64,000 nt of DNA from the human T2T-CHM13v2.0 reference genome, Homo sapiens, in assembly GCF_009914755.1 (NCBI RefSeq), contig NC_060929.1. The stretch is one strand, 5' to 3'. The notes under the pieces were generated by a model, which made no database searches, had not been told where the DNA came from, and saw nothing but the letters and a program-made list of their open reading frames with translations. Position numbers and translations under genes: made by a program. Of the stretch, positions 56,192-64,000 are shown piece by piece. The stretch's first letter is position 1; every line of letters begins with the position of its first letter.

Positions 56192-57372
56192 ATTATGGGT
56201 CAAATTATAGCCTTCCAAAAAGATATGTTAAAATCCTAACCCTGGGTAACTCAGAATGTCACTTTATGTGGAAATAGGATCACTACAGAGGTCATCAAGT
56301 AGAAACGAGGTCATTAGGATAGACTTTAATCCAATATGACTGCTGTCCTAAAAGGGAAATATGTCCAAAGAAACACACAGAGTGAAGATGATGTGAAGAC
56401 ACGCAGGGAGAAAAGTCATATGACTGGAGTGATGATACACCTGCAAGCCAAAGAATGCCAAAGGTTGCTGGCAAACACCTGTCAACGAAGAGTCAAACTC
56501 TGTAAAATATTTGAAGAGATTTACTCTAAGCTAAATATGAATGACTATGGCCTGTGACACAGCCATCAGGAGATCCTAAGAGCGTGTGCCCAAAGTGGTT
56601 AGGGAAGAGCCGGGTTTTATACATTTTGGGGAGACATGAAACATCAACCAAATACATTTAAGATGTACTTTGGTTTGGTTCAAAAAGGCAAGACAACTTG
56701 AGGAGGTGGCTTTCAGGCTAAGGTAAATTTCAACATTTTTTGTTTGACAATTGGTTGAGTTTATATAAAGGCCTGAGATCAATAGAAAAGAAATGTTTGG
56801 GTTAGGATAAGGGATTGTGGAGGTCAAAGTTTTATTGTGCAGAGGAAGCCTTAACATAGTAGACTTCAGGGAAAATAGGTTATAAAATGTTTCTTATCAG
56901 ACATAAAAGGGCACCTGGCTCTTAGCTGATTATCTCCTGGATCTGGAAAGTGAAAAAAAAAAGAGAAAAGGGGATTCTCTACAGAATGTAGGTTTTTCCC
57001 ACAAGAGACGACTTTGCAGGCCAATTTCAAGATAAGACAATAAAATATATTTGGGGTTGCTTATTTGTTGTGTGATGTTATGCCAAAGTCAGGTTCGAAA
57101 GTAGGACATGTTATACAGGGTTAAATAAAACTCCTCTGATGAGACTTTAGGGTTTGTAGGGCGTGCTCACCAAACCCCTTAAGAAGGAATTTGAGCAAGA
57201 TAAGATTAAGAAAAAAAGGTCAGAGTTTAGTCTTCACACCAAAGCTAGAAGAGGACAGGAAGTATTCTCTCCTAGAGCCGATGGAGAGAGCATGGCCTTG
57301 CCAACACCTTGATTTCAGACTTCCAGTCCCTAGAACCATGAGATAATACATTTCTGTTGTTTTAAATCACTC
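56192..57372 (+). mobile_element. MLT1B/C MaLR LTR split by a MER4-group LTR
   Basis: aaatcctaaccctgggtaactcagaatgtcac...caagccaaagaatgcc | gctagaagagg...ccaacaccttgatttcagacttccag. Confidence 0.8.
56480..57236 (-). mobile_element. MER4-group (MER4C/D-like) solo LTR
   Basis: tgtcaacgaagagtcaaactctgtaaaatatttg...tcagagtttagtcttca; 4-bp TSD cacc. Confidence 0.85.
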
Positions 57373-58089
57373 TGACTTAACAATATGGATAACCCTCAAA
57401 AATTTTATGTTAGCAGAAAAAAACGCCAGAAGACACAAAAGAGCACATGCCATATTATCCCCTTTATATAAAGATAATAGTAAAAATGACCATATAACTC
57501 TTTTTCACATCCACACGTTTTGCAATTTTTTTTTAACCATCCATCAAGAGGTGGCCAATTGTCCACTTCTTCAATCTGGACTGGAATGTGACTTTTGTCA
57601 ATAGAATGCAGTGGGAGTAATCGTGCCCCAGTTCTCAGACAAGATTCTTCACATACCCAACTCTGTCTCTGAACCATATCCAGGCACCATGTGAGCAGTC
57701 CCAAAATAGTCTGCTGACGTGTCAGAGGCACTCAAACCAGAGTGATTCCATCTTAAATAGGGGCTGGGTAAAATAAGACTGAGACCTGCTTGGCTGCATT
57801 CCCAGGAAGTTAGGCATTCTTAGTCACAGGATGAGATAGAGGTTGGCTCAAGATACAGGCCACAAAGACCTTGCTGATAAAACAGTTTGCGGTAAAGAAG
57901 CCAGCCAAAACCTACCAAAACCAAGATGGTGATGAAAGTGATCTCTGGTCGTCCTCACTGCTCATTATATGCTAACTATAATGCATTCACATGCTAAAAG
58001 ACACTCCCACGAGTGTCATGACAGTTTACAAATGCCATAGCAATGTCAGGAAGTTACTTTATTTGGCCTAAAAAGGGAGGAACCCTCAG

Positions 58090-58119
58090 TTCTGGGAACT
58101 GCCCACTCCTTTCTGAGAA
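58090..58119. promoter_or_regulatory. Tandem GAS (STAT) motifs in MER41B
   Basis: TTCTGGGAA at 58090-58098 and TTCTGAGAA at 58111-58119. Confidence 0.55.
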
Positions 58120-58143
58120 AACTCATGAATTATTCACCCCTTG

Positions 58144-58505
58144 TGATATGGTTTGACTGTGTCCCCACCCAAATCTCATCTTGAATTGAACCTCCCATAA
58201 TTCCCATGTGTTGTGGGAGGGACCAGGTGGGAGATAATTGAATCATGAGGGCAGTTTACACCATACTGTTCTTATGGTAGTGAATACGTCTCATAAGATC
58301 TGATGGTTTTATAAATGGAAACTCCTTTTGCTTTGTTCCCATTCTCTCTTGTCTGCTGCCATTCAAGACATGCCTTTCGCCTTTTGCAGTGATTGTGAGG
58401 CCTCCCCAGCCATAGGGAACTGTGAGTCCCTTAAATCTCTTTTTCTTTATAAATTACCCAGTCTCGGGTATGTCTTTATCAGCAGCATGAAAACAGACTA
58501 ATACA
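58144..58505 (+). mobile_element. THE1 (THE1B/C-like) LTR
   Basis: tgatatggtttgactgtgtccccacccaaatctc...agcagcatgaaaacagactaataca; TSD ccttg/tcttg. Confidence 0.92.
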
Positions 58506-59376
58506 TCTTGTTTAGCATATAATCAAGAAGTAACTATAAGTATACTCAGTCGAGCAGACCATGCCACTGCTCTGCCTATGGAGTAGCCATTGTTTTGCTT
58601 CTTTACTTTCTTAATAAACTTGCTTTCACTTTACTCTGTAGACTCATCCTGAATTATTTCTTGCATGAGATCCAAGACCCTCTCTTGAGGTCTGGATCAG
58701 GACCTCTTTCCAATAATAGAAGGATGAGAAACCATATAAAGTAGAGATAAAATGTCATAACCAAGGCCATCCTGGAGCTGCAGACTTAGCAGTTAATCAC
58801 AAATACTTGAGTGAGCCCAAAAGAAACAAGAACCACACAAACGAATTCAGACCAAATTGCTGATCCATTTATTTGTGAATTAAATAAGGAGTTGTTTTAA
58901 GTTATTGAGTTTTGAGGTTTGTATGTAGCAGCAATTAACTAATGAAGTAAAGAAACAAGCCAAGTAAAATCTGACAATAAACATCATAAAAGTGAATAGT
59001 TAAAGCAGTCTTGAGCAAAATAAAACAAAAGAACAAGAAAACAAAGCTAAATGCATTACACTATCTGATTTCAAAATATACTACAAAGCCATAGTAATCA
59101 AAACAGCATGATACTGGCTTAAAAACAGACATATAGACAAATGGAACATAATGTAAGGCCAGAAATAAATCCATGTTATGGGTAATTAATCTTTGATAAA
59201 TATGCCAAGAACACACAATGGGGAAAGTCTCTTCAATGAATACTGATGTGAAAACTGGATATCTACCTGTAGAAGAATAAAATTGGACTTTTATCTCATA
59301 TCTCACAAAAAATTAACTCAAAATGAATTAAAGACTTAAATGTAAGTCCTGAAACTTTAAAACTACTAGAAGAAAG

Positions 59377-60132
59377 TGTAAACCAAAAATAAAATTCAAA
59401 GGGCCCCCTGCAACCATCTGAATGGACTCCCTCCTCAACCAGTGCACTCTAAAATTTAACCTGAAAGACTGGTTCAGGCCATGATGGAAGCTGAGGTCAG
59501 ACATGCCTTATTATGCCCCTCCAGCATTAGCATCAACAGAGACCTTAAGTCTGATAAGAAACATTTACAATATATTTTCTCTAAAGCCTGCTACCTGGAA
59601 GCTTCACCTGCATAATAAAACCTTGGTCTTCACATCCCCTTATCTTAACCCAGACATTCCTTTCTACTGGTAATAACTCAACCAATTGCCAGTCAGAATA
59701 TGTTTAAATCTACCTATTACGTAGAAGTGCCCCCAAAGTTGTTTCACTCTTCCAGATTGAACTAATGTATTAGGTTGGTGCAAAAGTAATTGCAATTTTA
59801 TCATTACTTTTGATTACTTAGGTTACTGCTAAGTCTGTTGAGATCCCACATATAAGAGACATAATGTGGTATGTCACATTATTTTACACAGAACAAGTAA
59901 AATTAATTTTAATTGCAAAAACCACAATTACTTTTGCATCAACACAATACATCTTACCTGTATTGATTGATGTATTATGTCTGCCTAAAATGTATAAAAC
60001 CAAGCTGCATACAAACCACCTTGGGCACATGTCATCAGGGCATCTTTAAGCTGTGTCACAGGCACATCCTTAACCTTGGCAAAATAAACTTTCTAAATTG
60101 ACTGAGACTTTCTCAGATATTTTAGGTTCACA
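59377..60132 (+). mobile_element. MER4A-type solo LTR
   Basis: tgtaaaccaaaaataaaattc...aaccatctgaatggactccctcctc...aataaactttctaaattgactgagac...ggttcaca; TSD aaag. Confidence 0.88.
59770..59947. mobile_element. Enlarged MADE1 (178 bp) with ~100-bp internal filler
   Basis: Both TIRs present (ttaggttggtgcaaaagtaattgc / caattacttttgcatcaacacaa); TA TSD at 59768-59769 and 59948-59949. Confidence 0.9.
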
Positions 60133-61359
60133 AAAGCATAGGAGAAGAAGCTTTTTGAGATCAATCTGACCAGTAATTTTGTTTTCTATATGATCCAAAA
60201 AGCACAAACAAATAAAGCAAAAACATGAGAATGGGATTGCATCAAACTAAAAAACTTCTGTACAGCAAAGGAAACAACAATGTGAAGAGGCAAACTACAG
60301 AGTGGGAGAAAATAGTTGTAAGCCATGCATCTGACAGGCAATTAATATCCAAAATATGTTTAGAAAGTCAAACAACTCAATAGCAAGAAAACAAATAACC
60401 TGATTTTAAAAATGAGCAAAGGACCTGAATAGACATTTCTCAAAAGGAGAGATACATAAATGGCCAACAAGTATATGAAAGAATGCTCTACATCATTAAT
60501 CATCAGATAAATGCAAATTGAACACTAAGCTATCACCTCACACCTATTAGAAGAGCTATTTTCAAAAAGACAAAAGATAAGTGTTGGCAAGGATATGGAC
60601 AAAAGGAAACTCTTGCACATTGTTGGTGGGAGTGTAAATTAGTATAGCCTTTATGGAAACAGTATGAAGCTTCCTCAAAAAATTAAAAATAGAATTACCA
60701 CATGATCCAGCAATTCCACTACTGGATGTATATCCAAAGAACATGAAATCGGTATGTTGAAGGGATAACTGCACTCCCATGTTCATTTCAGCATTATTCA
60801 CAATAGCCAAGATATGGTGTTAACATAAGTCTCCACCAGTGGATGAACAGATAAAGAAAATATAGCATATACACAATGAAATAATATCCAGTTTTAAAAA
60901 CAAAGAAAATATTGTCATTTGAAACAACATTAATAAACCTGGAGGACATTGTGTTAAGTGAAACAAGCCAGGCATAGAAAGAAAAATACCACATTATGTC
61001 ACTTATATGTGGGATCTAAAAATGTCAAACTCATAGAAGAAAAGAACAGAATGATGGTCACCAGGAGATTGAGATTTGGGGAGAACTGAGGGGGTGTTGG
61101 TCAAAGGGCACAAAGTTTCAGTTAGATGGACTGAGATAAGTTTAAGACACAAAACTCAGAAAAATGATTACCTTGGAGAAAGATTAACTGTAAAAAGTTG
61201 AGAAACTTTTCTGAGATAAGTTTTTAGTTCTGTATCTTGATTTGGGTGATAGTTATATCATCATTAAAATGTAACATACATTTGTGAAAACTTATCAAAC
61301 TGCACTTTGAAGAGCTGTATATATCACAGTATGAAAGTTATAGCTCAATTGTAAAGACA

Positions 61360-61600
61360 AAGAAGACATTGGGTGTCTTCTTGTCAGGATTAGATTACTG
61401 CTAAGTCTATTTATCAAGAGTCCCCCTACCCTTGATGTCACCTCTTAGTGATTTTTTATTCTACTGATCCCTTGATTATAAATCCTCATTGGTGTAGCTG
61501 TATTCAAAGTTGAGCCCAGTGCAGTATTTTATTCCAATAGTTTTAAATAATCTTATGTATCATTTTAACAAGAGTCACAATAATTTTTTTCTACATTTAT
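61360..61600 (+). mobile_element. MER31-like LTR fragment
   Basis: gagtccccctacccttgatgtcacctcttagtgatttt...gtattcaaagttgagcccagt. Confidence 0.6.
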
Positions 61601-64000
61601 GAAATATGATGGCTGGCACTTTTTATCAATCAAAGCTTTTCAGTTTTTTGAGAATTACTAGTGATACTGTCTAGAAAACTTTTATAATAAGTAAAAATGT
61701 TCCTAATTATCTAGATATGTTTGGAGGTATATAATTTATTCATTTTATATAAACTAAAACAATAAGCTTAAATAAAATTTATGGTAGAGAATGACTTGTG
61801 TTAGATAATAGTGCCTTTTGGCTAGTCTTAATATTGCAGCTTAGACCTACTGCATGTTCCAAGTAAATATTATTATGAGATAATGTATTGAATACCTATC
61901 ATTCTTAAGGTGCCTGTTAGATATGGACTTTTTAATTCCTTATGGCATCTTATTTTTGAACTTCAAGTGTCAGAAAAGTAAGTGTTGAGACTTCATGCTA
62001 GAAAGAATGAATTATGAAAAAACATGATCTGGTTTTGGACAACTGACATTGGCCTAATAAATCTAACCAATGGGGTTAACTTTTCCCAGTCAATATATAT
62101 ATTTTGGAATATACTGTACTGCACCTGGATAAACAAAATTTGAAGTAGTTGCTTATTAAATAGAGCTGATTTTCTTCTCTAAAGGCATACCGCATCTCTG
62201 ATTTTCATAGTCTTCTTCTCAGAGAAGCATTATTCATTTTCATAGGAAGAAGGATATGAGGCTAGGAATGTTTATTGAGACTTGATTAAATGCCAGTCTA
62301 AGAAGTTTACTTTTAAAGAACTGGTTATTAAATCCTGGAGGTGTCTCCTTGCACTTCACCTCTGATTTGAGTATTGTAGTAGATAGGTATAGGGTTGGAT
62401 TTCATACTTCTGATAGCAAATAAACTTTTTATTATTCTTTTAAAAATATGTTTACTCTACTGGCAGTTTCCCTAATACTTTTGTTAGCCACCAGAGCTTT
62501 AACTCAAGACAATTTAGAAAATGAGCACTCTCCACATTGCTCTGTAAAGACAGGGAGAATGAAGCCAAGAGCCAATTGTACAGACATTGTGCTCTGCCCA
62601 TAAATGCTCAGTAAATATCGTGAAATAAATAGTATCTTCGTTTACATTCCTATTATTTTCTCTAAGAAGTTTGAGTTAAATAGATTATTTACCAGAAAAG
62701 TTCTCCCCTCTAAACTCAACAATATTGTTCTTTGATACTGAGAGAGCACAAACATTTTCATAATCTCCTGAGTTCTGTAGCCTATGCAGGCTGATTCTTG
62801 GGAGAACTCCAGAATTGAGTCAGTTCTTAAAGGGAAAGGGGGGAAAAAGGCATGTAATGGCCTTTACATTTGGAGAAAAAAAGTGCTTGTGTAGAAAGTG
62901 AGGGAAGTGAGAGAAGTTAAAAAACATGCATTGATAAATATAATTGAGGAGCTGACTGATTTGTCAGTGGTCTGCATCTTTTAAAGAATATGGCATTTCC
63001 TGTTGTGGGTCTTATGCTACTTTCAGGCAAAGCCAAAAAATGAAAGCAAGACATAGAGTGAGATGCTCCCACACCACAAACACACCCCGTCAACCCTCTA
63101 CAAATAAAACAAAAGGAAGGACTCTTGCTTCATTTTTTATTTTCTCCCTCTCCATTCATGTACCCCACCACTGAAATTTCTCAGTAACATTTTACCTGAA
63201 TATTATGTCAATTTTTGAAATCTGATATGGACCATTTGTGGTCTAAGAGAAAATGGGCTTTACCACACTCATTTAGGTCTCCTTTTGTATTTTTAACTAG
63301 TTTTATAATGGAGACTTCACCATATAGGTTTAATTAAATACCTATAAATTAGCTCATCTGGTCTCCCAAGGCTGAATAACCTAGTGACTTAAATGTGTCC
63401 TATAATTGCAAATGAGATGAGTTTGAATTCTTTTGAGTTTTATTTTTATTATAAATTTCCCTATCTTCTTGTTCTCTTAATATCCAATGGGTAACTATAA
63501 TTTTTATTTAATTATTATTATCATGTCAATGATGGATCTAATGAAAATATTTCAGTATTTTCCAGGAAGAAAAATACCCACATGATATTAAGTATAATTT
63601 TCAGGAAAGTGTACTGCATTTTTTAATAAACAAGGGACTGCACTTCTTTAGTACTTTATAGCATTTTATTAACTATTGTACAGTATACTTTTCTTTGAAT
63701 TCTCAGCATGTCTTTACAGTTTTGGGAAACAAAAGCAGGTCCCACAGTAGCAATCCTTTAAAAGGGAAATTTTATTGACTAACATTCATTCAAGATGAGT
63801 GTTCCCAGCATGTTAAAATATAATGATGCTTGCTATATACACAGTTGGATGATGCTAAGAGAAGCAAATTTTTACTTGTCTTATTGATCATCCCCTCTTC
63901 CTCTGTGGGGTTTCAATACAGGATAGCTTGCCCATTGATAAAACTAATCGTCTTGTATGGTCAAATTGCAGCTAGAATCATAGAACTGTTGAATTAATCA

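Larger units (their letters stand above)
57720..58718 (+). mobile_element. MER41B LTR (split by THE1)
   Basis: tgtcagaggc...aaccagagtgattccatcttaaataggggctgggtaaaataag...gagatccaagaccctctcttgaggtctggatcagg. Confidence 0.9.
57515..58945 (+). mobile_element. MLT1F/G-like LTR split by MER41B
   Basis: ccatcaagaggtgg...gtgacttttgtcaatagaatgcagtgggagt | ...ccaaattgctgatcc...ttgttttaagttattgagttttgagg. Confidence 0.6.
59000..61135 (+). mobile_element. L1MA-type ORF2-end/3'UTR fragment split by MER4A
   Basis: gatttcaaaatatactacaaagccatagtaatcaaaacagcatg...catgatccagcaattccact...ggtcaaagggcacaaagtttcagttag. Confidence 0.85.

Overview
Primate (human-like) genomic DNA, AT-rich and dominated by transposable elements. 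The only host coding sequence I can support is the first coding exon of PLCXD3 on the minus strand (ATG at 40906, 103 coding nt, GT donor at 40803-40802) inside a CpG island. Positions 1-40803 are therefore intron 1 and ~41050-64000 is upstream intergenic DNA. The main elements are: an internally deleted HERV-K3/HML-6 provirus with a dUTPase remnant; a full-length but dead L1PA3/4 and a near-full-length old L1M, both nested inside one fragmented L2; many Alus, MIRs and MaLR/ERV1 LTRs; and a dense nested LTR cluster at 54-61.6 kb. Almost all entries in the ORF track are chance ORFs or L1/Alu/ERV fragments. I found no CRISPR array, RNA gene or novel multi-gene system. The most unusual signals are small-scale: a ~80%-identical duplicated non-coding block, a MADE1 carrying filler apparently copied from nearby DNA, a palindromic tandem E-box, intact tandem GAS motifs in MER41B, and a 73-bp local templated duplication. 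Repeat subfamily names come from recalled consensus sequences, and the boundaries of old repeats are approximate.
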